Shown in pieces: positions 18,972-27,890 of a stretch of 64,000 nt of DNA. The DNA is taken from NCBI GenBank assembly GCA_964490125.1, contig CAZBAJ010000003.1:33941-97940 (forward strand). The letters run 5' to 3'. The translations under genes were made by a program, and so were the position numbers. Each line of letters opens with the position of its first letter. The first letter of the stretch is position 1. The notes under the pieces were generated by a model. The model ran no database searches, was not told where the DNA came from, and saw only the letters and a program-made list of their open reading frames with translations. This stretch comes from an uncultured Candidatus Saccharibacteria bacterium. GTDB taxonomy: Bacteria > Patescibacteriota > WWE3 > UBA101185 > UBA10185.

Positions 18972-20823
18972 TTGTAGTAGTGGTATTATACCTTACTTTT
19001 TAAGCTGGTTGCTTTGGTATACTTACGGCGTGGGTAAAAGATCCAGGACAAAAAAGGAACGACGGGAGGGGGAGATCAGCACGATTGATTCAGAAAAACT
19101 TAGGACTAGATTGCATACACCTAAAAATGCATCGTCGTCGGGATTTAACTTGGTTAGGGACTCAAAAGAAGGAAATCTGTCTGAAAAACATCGGTTACAT
19201 TATCCCGGTAAGGATGTTGTGACTACACCTTTGGATTCATTGAACTCCCTCAAAGAGGTTCTTAACTTCTTTAAGCTAAACATTCCGATTTTTCTTTTAA
19301 TTGCTGTACTGGCGATTATAGGTTATGCCAACGGGCTTAACGGGCAATTTCTTTCTGCTGACGATATCCCGGGCATCGTCCAAAATCCGGCACTGCGCAA
19401 TTTTTGGCAAGTCGCCAAGTCGCTCAACCTAACCTCCACTTACGCCTCCGTGATTGTAAATCTTTTTGGCACCAATCCCGTAATTTTTCACGCAGTCAGC
19501 TTGGTACTCCACATAGTCAACACCTGTCTAGTAATGCTCCTGGCGTTTCAACTCTTTGGCAAACGCGTCGCCCTTTTTGCGTCGCTCATTTTTTGCCTAC
19601 TTCCCAGCGGGAGCGAAGCGATTTTTTGGATTGCCGGTATGGGTTATGTTTTTCAGGCGCTTTTCTCTCTAATCTGCGTCAATTTATTTTTTCTTTTTAG
19701 GACGACGGGTGACAGGCGATTTTTTATTGCGTCGACGGTAGTTTATTTAGCCTCACTTGTATTTTTGCAAACGCCTTGGATGTTTACGGTACCATTTATA
19801 ATAATTTCCTTGGATATATTTTGTTTTGGTTTGACTTTGGAACATTTCAAGGGCGTTAAACAGTTCATCCAAAGAACCGCCAAACTTGCCGTCGCCCGAC
19901 TGCCACACTACTCCATTTTTCTCGCCTCCACAGTCGGTTATTGGCTAATTTTTATGAGCGGACGCTTTACCGCCCGTGTTACCGCTCTAGTTACCGATTA
20001 CTATGTGGACCCCGCCAAGTCTACCGCCCTGCTTTATAGACTCCCATATACTATCTACAAAGCCACGGAGTTATATTTGGTACCCTTGCGCTTAAGTTTT
20101 TTCCACGAGGAAGCCCTGACCAAGCCGGTTTACGCTTTAATGGTTGGTGTAACCGTCGTCGTTTTTGCTTTGCTAGCCTATTTGTTATTAAAAAAACCAG
20201 TTTATGGCGGACTTCTTTTAGCGATTTTTGCCAGCGTTGCGCCTACTTTTAGCCCCGTGCAGGTGGCGTGGTTTATTGCCGAGCGGTATTTATATTTAGG
20301 CGGGGCGTTTTTTGCCATACTACTTTCGCTTATAATAATTAGTGTCGACAGGTTGGTTAACAGGAAATTTGGCGTTAAAAACTTAGCCGGAGTCTTTTTG
20401 TCGCTCTTACTTATTTTTTACTCTGCCCGACTCATTACCAGGGCAAATGTTTTTAAGTCCAGCAAAACTTTGTGGACGGCTACGCAAAAAACCGCACCAA
20501 TTAGCTATCGCGTTTATAACAATTTAGGGGATGTTTATACCAATGAGCAAAATTGGGAGCTAGCCATTGCAAATTTTAAAAAATCCATTGAGTTGGCACC
20601 GGACTACGCGGACGCTATTCATAATTTAGGATACACATACATGCTTATGGGCGACTACGAGAACGCCAAAAAATACTTATTGGAATCGTACCAAAAAAAT
20701 GGGCGACTTTGGCAAGCATTAGAAAAATTAGGCAGGATTGAGCAGCTACAGGGGAATAGCAAGCAGGCGGAAGAATACTTTAGCAAGATGCAAGAAATTA
20801 ATCAGGGGATCCGTGTTCAATAG
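18958..20823 (+). CDS. TPR-repeat polytopic membrane protein, TMTC/PMT-like (DUF1736-type)
   Basis: About nine transmembrane helices followed by C-terminal TPR repeats ('YNNLGDVY', 'AIANFKKSIELAPDYADAIHNLGY'). The listed ORF start overlaps tRNA-Ser, so the true start is probably downstream (about 19000-19270, possibly non-ATG). Confidence 0.55.
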   Translation: MANPPCSSGIIPYFLSWLLWYTYGVGKRSRTKKERREGEISTIDSEKLRTRLHTPKNASSSGFNLVRDSKEGNLSEKHRLHYPGKDVVTTPLDSLNSLKEVLNFFKLNIPIFLLIAVLAIIGYANGLNGQFLSADDIPGIVQNPALRNFWQVAKSLNLTSTYASVIVNLFGTNPVIFHAVSLVLHIVNTCLVMLLAFQLFGKRVALFASLIFCLLPSGSEAIFWIAGMGYVFQALFSLICVNLFFLFRTTGDRRFFIASTVVYLASLVFLQTPWMFTVPFIIISLDIFCFGLTLEHFKGVKQFIQRTAKLAVARLPHYSIFLASTVGYWLIFMSGRFTARVTALVTDYYVDPAKSTALLYRLPYTIYKATELYLVPLRLSFFHEEALTKPVYALMVGVTVVVFALLAYLLLKKPVYGGLLLAIFASVAPTFSPVQVAWFIAERYLYLGGAFFAILLSLIIISVDRLVNRKFGVKNLAGVFLSLLLIFYSARLITRANVFKSSKTLWTATQKTAPISYRVYNNLGDVYTNEQNWELAIANFKKSIELAPDYADAIHNLGYTYMLMGDYENAKKYLLESYQKNGRLWQALEKLGRIEQLQGNSKQAEEYFSKMQEINQGIRVQ

Positions 20824-20943
20824 ATCTTAAACTACCCCGTCACGCGTTTGCGTTTTTGGACGCGCCTTCTTATGTCTTTACTTTTTTGTGAGTCTCGCTT
20901 TTTCTTTTTAAGTGCCATGTTTCTCCAGTCGCACAGACAAAAT

Positions 20944-21303
20944 TTAACTAACCAATTTAACAGAAAACTTCATGTGCTTAACATTCCCGTCGGCATCGGT
21001 TATCTCTAGTGTACCGTTATCCCGGTAATAGTCAACCAGCTCCTGCGCCAAAATCTCGCGGTTTTCCTTAACCTCCTGCATTTTCTCCTTGATTTCTTCT
21101 TGGTAGCCCTTAACCACGGCGGTACTCATTATTTTTTCTTTTTTTTCTTTGCGAGACTTTTTGGTTTCCTCGTCCTCCTCCACCATTTTGCTGTAGTTGG
21201 GATCGTCCATAAGCGCATCTTCTAAGTCCGCCTTAAGTTTGTTAAGCTCCTGCGTGAGGTCGTCCAGAATTTTTAGTCTTTTTTGAATAACTTCTTGGTT
21301 CAC
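20944..21303 (-). CDS. Hypothetical coiled-coil, Lys/Glu-rich protein
   Basis: 119 aa ORF with no recognised motif. Charged low-complexity centre. Confidence 0.35.
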   Translation of the reverse strand: MNQEVIQKRLKILDDLTQELNKLKADLEDALMDDPNYSKMVEEDEETKKSRKEKKEKIMSTAVVKGYQEEIKEKMQEVKENREILAQELVDYYRDNGTLEITDADGNVKHMKFSVKLVS

Positions 21304-21467
21304 AAAAGCTAGGGTACATTATTTGGACGACATTAGCAAGGCTTTGGGTGGAATTCATAGTATAATGTTGACGACATGTGGTCGATTTAGTCCTGAAGGA
21401 AGCGAACGGACCGAATCAACGAGGAATTACTGTGAAGCGTAATTCCGAGTGATTCGGGAGTGAGCAA

Positions 21468-21543
21468 CGGGGTGTGGCGCAGTTGGTAGCGCGCCAGTAT
21501 GGGGTACTGGAGGCCCGCGGTTCGAGCCCGCGCACCCCGACCA
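21468..21543 (+). tRNA. tRNA-Pro (anticodon GGG)
   Basis: CGGGGTGTGGCGCAGTTGGTAGCGCGCCAGTATGGGGTACTGG...GGTTCGAGCCCGCGCACCCCGACCA. Cloverleaf folds with anticodon loop ATGGGGT, G37 and encoded CCA. Confidence 0.85.
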
Positions 21544-21568
21544 TATTAGTCTGGCAGGGTAACAATCA

Positions 21569-22321
21569 ATGAGAGAAATATTTAAGCTGATACCAAAAAC
21601 TGTGCAATTTGAGGGTAAAACTATCCTTGACGCAGGTTCAGGTGACCAAAGTTTGGAGTTTTTAACTAGTCGAAATATCGGAACGATCTATTCAGTTTCT
21701 ATTGATGCAAAGGAAGTTGAGAAAAACAAATCAAAATACGGCTCTCACAAAAACATTGTGTTTGTTCAGAGCGACTTAACCAAAGAGTCGTTAGATAATA
21801 AGTTCGATTTAATTTTTTGCGACTATTTTTTTGCTGGAGTCGAAGGATTTTCTCCTTTTAAAAGTTTAGAGACACTCAAGAATTTAAAAGCCTCGCTAAA
21901 AGCAGACGGTGTTGTGGTAATTGTTGGGCTGGAACCTCTGGTTGATCCCAAAACTCCCGAGCAAACGGCGATAGAAGAGCTTATTAGGAGGCGCGGCGCT
22001 TTAAAAATGTGGTTGGGCGAGCCTGTATACAGAGAATTACCCCGATTATATTTAGAAAGTCTACTCAATTCTTTGGACTTTAAAATCGAGACCGTTACCA
22101 CAAGAGATAGTTACTACGACAGCGTCTTTTTCACGAAATATCTGGGTAGTATAGAAAGCCATGCAAACAACATCGATAACTTGGAGATAAAAAAGGGCTT
22201 ATTGGTGTTTGTCGACGAATATAGAAAGAAGATTAAGGATTTTATTTTTCCGTGTGTATTCGGTGAGGAATATGTCTTGATTGGGCGCCCAAATAAGAAT
22301 AGCAACCACGATCAAAATTAG
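21569..22321 (+). CDS. Class I SAM-dependent methyltransferase
   Basis: Motif I 'ILDAGSGDQ' and an acidic motif II 'DLIFCD'. Confidence 0.5.
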   Translation: MREIFKLIPKTVQFEGKTILDAGSGDQSLEFLTSRNIGTIYSVSIDAKEVEKNKSKYGSHKNIVFVQSDLTKESLDNKFDLIFCDYFFAGVEGFSPFKSLETLKNLKASLKADGVVVIVGLEPLVDPKTPEQTAIEELIRRRGALKMWLGEPVYRELPRLYLESLLNSLDFKIETVTTRDSYYDSVFFTKYLGSIESHANNIDNLEIKKGLLVFVDEYRKKIKDFIFPCVFGEEYVLIGRPNKNSNHDQN

Positions 22322-22357
22322 TGTAGCCATTTATGTTTTTTGCTAGAATAAGAAAAA

Positions 22358-23200
22358 ATGAATAAAAAAAACCTTTGGTTAATTATTAACGCGGTTTGCT
22401 TGATTGTATTTTTATACAATTTTATAGGTATTTACGCTTGTGAAAGCCTGCCCATTTATAATTCTAACCATATACCAGACCCTATATTTTTCGGAGTTTA
22501 TGGAGGGTTTGGGTGCAATTTGGGCTATTCCCTGGCAACTGGTTTTTTCACGCTTGTTTGGGTGAGTGTGACTTTGTTGGGGTTAATTTTTTCATGGCTA
22601 AAGAAGTGTCTACGAAGAAATTTAAAGACTTCTTTAGTATTTATTTTAATTTGGGGTATTTTATCCTCCTTTTCGTTTTTCCATGAGCGAGGAAGGATAA
22701 GTAACATTGCTAGGGAACAGGCGGACAAGCTTGCACAAGAAAAAATACAGGAAGAAATTAAGAAAGCCAAAGAAGCTAACACCCCTGGTAATTATAATGT
22801 TACAGACTGCTACGATATTTTAGATAAGCAGTTTTCTGCAAACCCCGTTATAAGAATAAATTGTTTTGTGAGTGTAAAAATGCCGGGTACTTATATTGTA
22901 AAGGGTACTTTGCAACCTGTCGACGCCATTGCTGATGGTTCTGACAATGCTCTTATGGAATCCGATTCTATCGCTTGGGGTTTGCAAGATACTACTGTGA
23001 TAATGGTCCATTTTAATTACAGACATTTGGCCAAGAACAAAGCTATACCCGATGGTCCTTATACTTATAACATTACTTTTTATCCGGGAGAAGGCCTTAC
23101 AGACAAACTTTTTCCGTATACATATACAGGTGTTACAGAAAATAGCTATCTCGGTTCTATGTTTAACGATTTTTCTTACAAACCCGTCAATCAATTATAA
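22358..23200 (+). CDS. Hypothetical membrane protein
   Basis: Three to four N-terminal transmembrane helices, then a soluble domain. Its stop overlaps the start of the next gene. Confidence 0.4.
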   Translation: MNKKNLWLIINAVCLIVFLYNFIGIYACESLPIYNSNHIPDPIFFGVYGGFGCNLGYSLATGFFTLVWVSVTLLGLIFSWLKKCLRRNLKTSLVFILIWGILSSFSFFHERGRISNIAREQADKLAQEKIQEEIKKAKEANTPGNYNVTDCYDILDKQFSANPVIRINCFVSVKMPGTYIVKGTLQPVDAIADGSDNALMESDSIAWGLQDTTVIMVHFNYRHLAKNKAIPDGPYTYNITFYPGEGLTDKLFPYTYTGVTENSYLGSMFNDFSYKPVNQL

Positions 23201-23925
23201 TGGAACCTAAATTTACCTTAGAAAAAATAAAATTTGCCACAGATCCGGATACATTTAGTCGTGCAGTAGAAATTTACGAGAACAACCAGATTAGTGATTT
23301 TAAGGAACTTATTGCTTGCTACTCCGCCACCGTTAAGGGAAAACATGCCTATAAAACCACTATTGAGAACAGGGATTTTAGGCTTGGTATGTGTGATTGC
23401 TATTTAGGTCAGCACAATTACTATTGTAAGCATTTGTTGGCGTTGGCTATTTATGTAGTTTTAAGAGGCAAGCCTTTGGAGGCTGATTATAAAGAAGTTA
23501 TTGACACTCCTAAATCCAGCAATCGGTTGGGAGAGTTAAGCCCTGCGGAGCTTGTAGAGGCGCGCAAGGCAATTACTTCCGCCATGGCGTATTTAAGGTC
23601 GTACACAGGACCTTCCAGTAGATGGTTTTCCTACCAAGCTTCACTTTCAGAAGGCTGTCATCGCTTGTCGGCCATAGTTTCTAAATTTCCCGTAAGTAGG
23701 CAGACGAGTGATGTATTAGTTAAATTGTTATTGCGACTTGGTAACAAACTAGCAACCAGTGTGGACGACTCCGACGGCACAGTTGGTGGCTTTGCAGACG
23801 CCTTGGTGGTTATGTTACAGGAATACGCCAAGTTAGATCCCGCTTGTAAAGAGTCGTTTAAGGTTTTTAAGACCAAGGAAACCGGTTTTGGTCTTGAGGA
23901 TCCTTTGGTGAAGATGCTCTACTAA
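23200..23925 (+). CDS. SWIM zinc-finger domain protein
   Basis: 'CDCYLGQHNYYCKHLLALAIY' fits the CxC...CxH SWIM signature. Confidence 0.5.
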   Translation: MEPKFTLEKIKFATDPDTFSRAVEIYENNQISDFKELIACYSATVKGKHAYKTTIENRDFRLGMCDCYLGQHNYYCKHLLALAIYVVLRGKPLEADYKEVIDTPKSSNRLGELSPAELVEARKAITSAMAYLRSYTGPSSRWFSYQASLSEGCHRLSAIVSKFPVSRQTSDVLVKLLLRLGNKLATSVDDSDGTVGGFADALVVMLQEYAKLDPACKESFKVFKTKETGFGLEDPLVKMLY

Positions 23926-23984
23926 GGATTTTGTCAACCTCCATGTATTGGCAGGTCTTTTGATGCCTTTGATATAATAATCCT

Positions 23985-24482
23985 GTGTTAAAGGAACCTA
24001 ACAATATTGCCTACATCGATGCGGCTAATCTTCACAACGGTAATCGCGATCTTGAATGGAGATTAGATTATAGGCGTTTTCGTGTTTGGCTACGAGAAAA
24101 ATACTCCGTAAAAATGGCATATTTGTTTATTGGTCTAATTCCAAAGTTTACAGACCTTTACAAATCTTTACAGGAATATGGATATACGCTTGTTTTTAAA
24201 GAGGTTATATACGACAAAGAAGGAAAGGCAAAAGGTAATTGCGATGCAGATTTAGTATTACAGTCAGTTCGTGATGCCTACGAGGATAATTGTGAGAAAG
24301 TAGTACTCGTTACAAGCGATGGGGACTACGCCAGTTTAGTGAAGTTTCTGATAGAGAAGGAAAAATTCAAGACTATTATTTCACCAAATATCGAAAGTAA
24401 ATGTTCAGTATTATTAAAAAGGACAGGGGCAAGTATCGTTTATTTAAATGACAAAAGATATCTTTTAGAGTTGCGTAAATAA
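23985..24482 (+). CDS. NYN-domain (LabA-like) protein
   Basis: 'AYIDAANL' at the N-terminus and 'VVLVTSDGDYASLV' match conserved acidic motifs of NYN/LabA. Confidence 0.6.
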   Translation: MLKEPNNIAYIDAANLHNGNRDLEWRLDYRRFRVWLREKYSVKMAYLFIGLIPKFTDLYKSLQEYGYTLVFKEVIYDKEGKAKGNCDADLVLQSVRDAYEDNCEKVVLVTSDGDYASLVKFLIEKEKFKTIISPNIESKCSVLLKRTGASIVYLNDKRYLLELRK

Positions 24483-24565
24483 AAAAAAGACCCCCAATGG
24501 AGACGGGACACCACAAGGGTTCTTTTTGTAATGATCTGTGAGTAGTATAGCTATGTTACATAAAA

Positions 24566-25363
24566 ATGTCAAAAATAATATTTAAGCCCATCACAGTTAT
24601 AGCTGTAGCCCCGATAATTTTGGCTAGCGGGTATTTGCTTTTTGCGTATGGGCAATTTTATAACACTATTGGGGAAAAAAACTTGCAAAGTCCGTATAAC
24701 CAAAAGCAATTTGTGCTCGAGAATCCTCAAAAAGAAGGTGCGGTAAAATATGTGGCTTTGGGCGACAGTTTGACAGCTGGAGTCGGTAGTGACGATGTCG
24801 AGTCGACCTTTGTTTATCAGGTTGCCAAAAAGTTTTCCGATCAGTATGGCAAAGTTGAAGTGGTTAATTTAGGAGTGCCTGGAGCAACGAGTCAGGATTT
24901 AATCGTGGACCAGCTACCCCAAGTCGTGCAAGATTTAGATAATGTTACAGACGACGGTAGTCTTACGAATGAAACGCAACATATAACGCTGTTAATTGGA
25001 ATAAATGATATTCATAACAAAGTGAGTGTGCAGGATTATAAAGATCGCCTTAGTCTTATTGTTGACGAATTGCTTGCCAAAACTAACGCTCACATAGCCT
25101 TAATTAACTTGCCGTATCTTGGCGCGCCAGATGTCGTATCTTTTCCACTTAACAAGGTTTTGGACAGGAGAACGCGGGAATTTAATAATGTTGTTGAGGA
25201 GGTTGGTCAGATAAAAGGGCAAAGCGGAAGGTTAAAAGTAGTAGATTTATATATCCAAACGCGTCAGCCTCCTTATGACGACGCAAAATATTACGCCTCC
25301 GATCACTTTCATCCTTCCGGTGAGGGTTATTTGCTGTGGGGAAAAATTATCAATGCAGATTAA
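24566..25363 (+). CDS. SGNH/GDSL hydrolase
   Basis: Block I 'VALGDSLTAG' and block V 'DHFHPS'. N-terminal transmembrane or signal segment. Confidence 0.75.
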   Translation: MSKIIFKPITVIAVAPIILASGYLLFAYGQFYNTIGEKNLQSPYNQKQFVLENPQKEGAVKYVALGDSLTAGVGSDDVESTFVYQVAKKFSDQYGKVEVVNLGVPGATSQDLIVDQLPQVVQDLDNVTDDGSLTNETQHITLLIGINDIHNKVSVQDYKDRLSLIVDELLAKTNAHIALINLPYLGAPDVVSFPLNKVLDRRTREFNNVVEEVGQIKGQSGRLKVVDLYIQTRQPPYDDAKYYASDHFHPSGEGYLLWGKIINAD

Positions 25364-26483
25364 CATAGTCGACCCGGTTTTACAGACCCAGATTTTTACC
25401 GCGCTACTTGTTTTAGCAATTATTCTAACCGTCAGAAAAAAGCCGTCCAAAAATTCCTTTGACGCTCAGCTAACCAACGAGCTTAAAGGTGTAGCAATCC
25501 TTATGGTAATGTTTTCTCACATCGGTTACTTTTTGGCTACCGATAATAGGTTTTTGTTTCCACTTTCCGTGGCTGCCGGCAAAGGGGTGGACATTTTTTT
25601 GTTTCTTTCTGGCTTTGGACTTACTATTTCTGCCCTCCAGTCGTCGCTAAACATAAAGAATTTTTACTTTAAGCGACTTAAAAAGATTTTTGTCCCTATG
25701 TGGCTGGTTTTAGCGGTATTTTTGCTTATGGACGCAGTAGTTTTGCGCAGATTTTACCCTACTACAAGTGTCGCCCAAAATATTTTAGGCTTTTTCCCAA
25801 GCGCGGATCTTTATAACAATGTAAACTCGCCCCTGTGGTATTTTACGCTCATTCTCTTTTATTATTTGCTTTTTCCATTATGTTTGTTGGACTTTTTTGT
25901 CAGACGCGTGCCGGTTGTTTCCGCATTGATAATGCTGGGACTTGGTTATTTTGCCACGAACCTGAATTTACCCGTTGCCCCCGATGTTCTTAAGCTTTAT
26001 AAACTGCATTACATGGCTTTTCCGCTTGGGATGTTTTTTGCCACGGTGTTGCGTTACTTTAGAAACCACCCGTTAGTCCTTACGCCACTTCCTCGTGTTG
26101 ACGCCTTATTTGCTAAACTATTTGTAATAATAATTTTGACTGGGGTATTTTGCTACCTTGCCATCCATTCCGGCGTAGGCGGGTCTCTAGTCAAAGAGCA
26201 GTTAATCAGCTTGCTTTCCTTGGGATGTCTGGTTGCGGTATTTTTACTTAAGGGCTTTTACTCTCGCTTTTTGACTTTGATAGGCGCTTATTCTTACGAA
26301 TTATATTTAATCCACTGGCCGTTAATGAGTCGGTACGACTTTTTATACACCAGGTTTCCCGCCTGGCTTGCTACCGCCCTTTATATGGTCATTCTCCTGA
26401 CTTTAGGAGTCGCCCTAAATAAGCTTGCCAGTCGATTTGTTGGTATAATACCCATATGGAAAGTCCATCGGTCACGCAAGTAA
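25353..26483 (+). CDS. Acyltransferase family 3 (OatA-like) membrane protein
   Basis: 'LKGVAILMVMFSHIGYF' is the family 3 His motif, with ten or more transmembrane helices. Start set at ATG 25353 (MQINIV), which overlaps the GDSL gene by 11 nt. Confidence 0.7.
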   Translation: MQINIVDPVLQTQIFTALLVLAIILTVRKKPSKNSFDAQLTNELKGVAILMVMFSHIGYFLATDNRFLFPLSVAAGKGVDIFLFLSGFGLTISALQSSLNIKNFYFKRLKKIFVPMWLVLAVFLLMDAVVLRRFYPTTSVAQNILGFFPSADLYNNVNSPLWYFTLILFYYLLFPLCLLDFFVRRVPVVSALIMLGLGYFATNLNLPVAPDVLKLYKLHYMAFPLGMFFATVLRYFRNHPLVLTPLPRVDALFAKLFVIIILTGVFCYLAIHSGVGGSLVKEQLISLLSLGCLVAVFLLKGFYSRFLTLIGAYSYELYLIHWPLMSRYDFLYTRFPAWLATALYMVILLTLGVALNKLASRFVGIIPIWKVHRSRK

Positions 26484-26506
26484 AACAAAAATACCTAGAT
26501 CCTGCT

Positions 26507-26776
26507 ATGTTTGGGAATTTGGTCTGGGATTATACAATTTCCCCGCAGGAGTTTTTTGACATTTTGGAGAATAAGCGCGTTTTGGGTAATTTTAATCAAG
26601 ATTGGGCAATAGGCAGAGTCTTGGCGCACACTAATTACTATGACGCCATGAATTTGGTGGGTTTGACGACTTTACGGAAACATTGGTCAAATGTAAAAAG
26701 TAGAATTTTTAACAAGGAGCTTGCACATGGTTACGAATACTTACTACAAAGACAAACTTTATCCGCTACAAGATAA
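26507..26776 (+). CDS. Small protein paralogous to 652-864; putative partner of the downstream AbiEii-like nucleotidyltransferase
   Basis: Shares 'VWDY...EFF' and 'RKHWSNV' with the 'LWDYDEEEL' and 'KKYWDEL' of the 652-864 protein. It overlaps the downstream gene in the same way. Start taken as ATG 26507. Confidence 0.35.
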   Translation: MFGNLVWDYTISPQEFFDILENKRVLGNFNQDWAIGRVLAHTNYYDAMNLVGLTTLRKHWSNVKSRIFNKELAHGYEYLLQRQTLSATR

Positions 26777-27377
26777 GGTTTTACAAATTATAGGTACTTT
26801 AGATACGCCGTTTTATTTAACAGGCGGGACGGCATTATCGCGGTGTTATTTTAATCACAGGTATTCGGACGACTTGGATTTTTTTGTCAATAAAGATGCT
26901 AATTACCAAACCCATGTCGCTAAAATAGTAGACGGACTTGCAGATCTGGGCATTACCGAACTTAGAAAATTCGATACCTTTACATCTTTTATGGTGGATG
27001 GTTTGTTAAAAGTCGATTTAGTAAACGATATTCCTTCCCATATAGGTGATTTTAATGCTTTTGGTATTTTTTCAAAGGTCGACAATTTGCAGAACATCTT
27101 GTCTAACAAGATTAGTGCTTTGGTAAGCAGGGATGAGCCTAAAGATGTTGTGGACATTTGGACTATCGCTAGGTCTCAAAAAGTCGACTGGAAGCAGATA
27201 TTTGTGGATGTTTCATCTAAGGCAGTAGGGATTTTTCCTCCCGGGATTGCGGAAAGATTAGAAACATTCCCTCTGGAGTTGTTGGATAAAATCGTTTGGG
27301 TAGATGAAAAAGTGCCTGATAAAGAGATATTTAAAGTCGGGTTACAAAATATAATTGACACAATGTTGGAACCGTAA
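26721..27377 (+). CDS. Nucleotidyltransferase of the AbiEii/AbiGii toxin family (paralog of 849-1502)
   Basis: 'FYLTGGTALSRCYFNHRYSDDLDFF' motif. 218 aa against 217 aa for the paralog. Confidence 0.65.
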   Translation: MHMVTNTYYKDKLYPLQDKVLQIIGTLDTPFYLTGGTALSRCYFNHRYSDDLDFFVNKDANYQTHVAKIVDGLADLGITELRKFDTFTSFMVDGLLKVDLVNDIPSHIGDFNAFGIFSKVDNLQNILSNKISALVSRDEPKDVVDIWTIARSQKVDWKQIFVDVSSKAVGIFPPGIAERLETFPLELLDKIVWVDEKVPDKEIFKVGLQNIIDTMLEP

Positions 27378-27380
27378 AAT

Positions 27381-27890
27381 ATGGAATTTCACCCAGTCGT
27401 TCAAAAAATTAAAGACTTGCTGGAAAGTCGTCAAATTAAGTACGAATATTTTGAACACGATCCTGTTAGAACCAGCGAGGAGGCCTCAAAAATCCGTCCA
27501 GGGTTTACCTTAAAACAGGGGGCAAAGGCGCTTATTGTTAAGTTGTATTTGCGCAGGGGTGTTTCTGCTAACGGCGCTCAATCGGAGAGGTTTGTTATGT
27601 TGGTGGTGCCGGGTGACGCCAGGTTTGACGGAAAAAAAGTCAAAAAGCTATTTGACGCCAAGGATTTGCGCTTTGCCACGGAAGAAGAAGTGAGTCAGGT
27701 TACTGGGGGAGTGTTGGTAGGCGGAGTGCCTCCGTTTGGGAGTTTATTTGGTTTGCAGACTTACATGGATCCGCAAGTTGCCCAAAACGAAAAAATTATT
27801 TTTAACGCAGGCGACAGGCGGGTAAGCATCGCTCTGGCGGTTGCGGACTATATTCTCGCGGAGAATCCTCAACAAGTCGACTTAATTTAA
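27381..27890 (+). CDS. YbaK/ProX-type aminoacyl-tRNA deacylase
   Basis: About 170 aa with 'KALIVK...VVPGD.R' and 'TGG.LVGGVPPFG' patterns typical of YbaK/EbsC editing domains. Confidence 0.6.
   Translation: MEFHPVVQKIKDLLESRQIKYEYFEHDPVRTSEEASKIRPGFTLKQGAKALIVKLYLRRGVSANGAQSERFVMLVVPGDARFDGKKVKKLFDAKDLRFATEEEVSQVTGGVLVGGVPPFGSLFGLQTYMDPQVAQNEKIIFNAGDRRVSIALAVADYILAENPQQVDLI

Noticed and set aside
24483-24530. Possible terminator after the NYN gene (gacccccaatggagacgggacaccacaagggttcttttt)
   Set aside because: The stem is imperfect and the loop long. A T-tract is present but the hairpin is not convincing.
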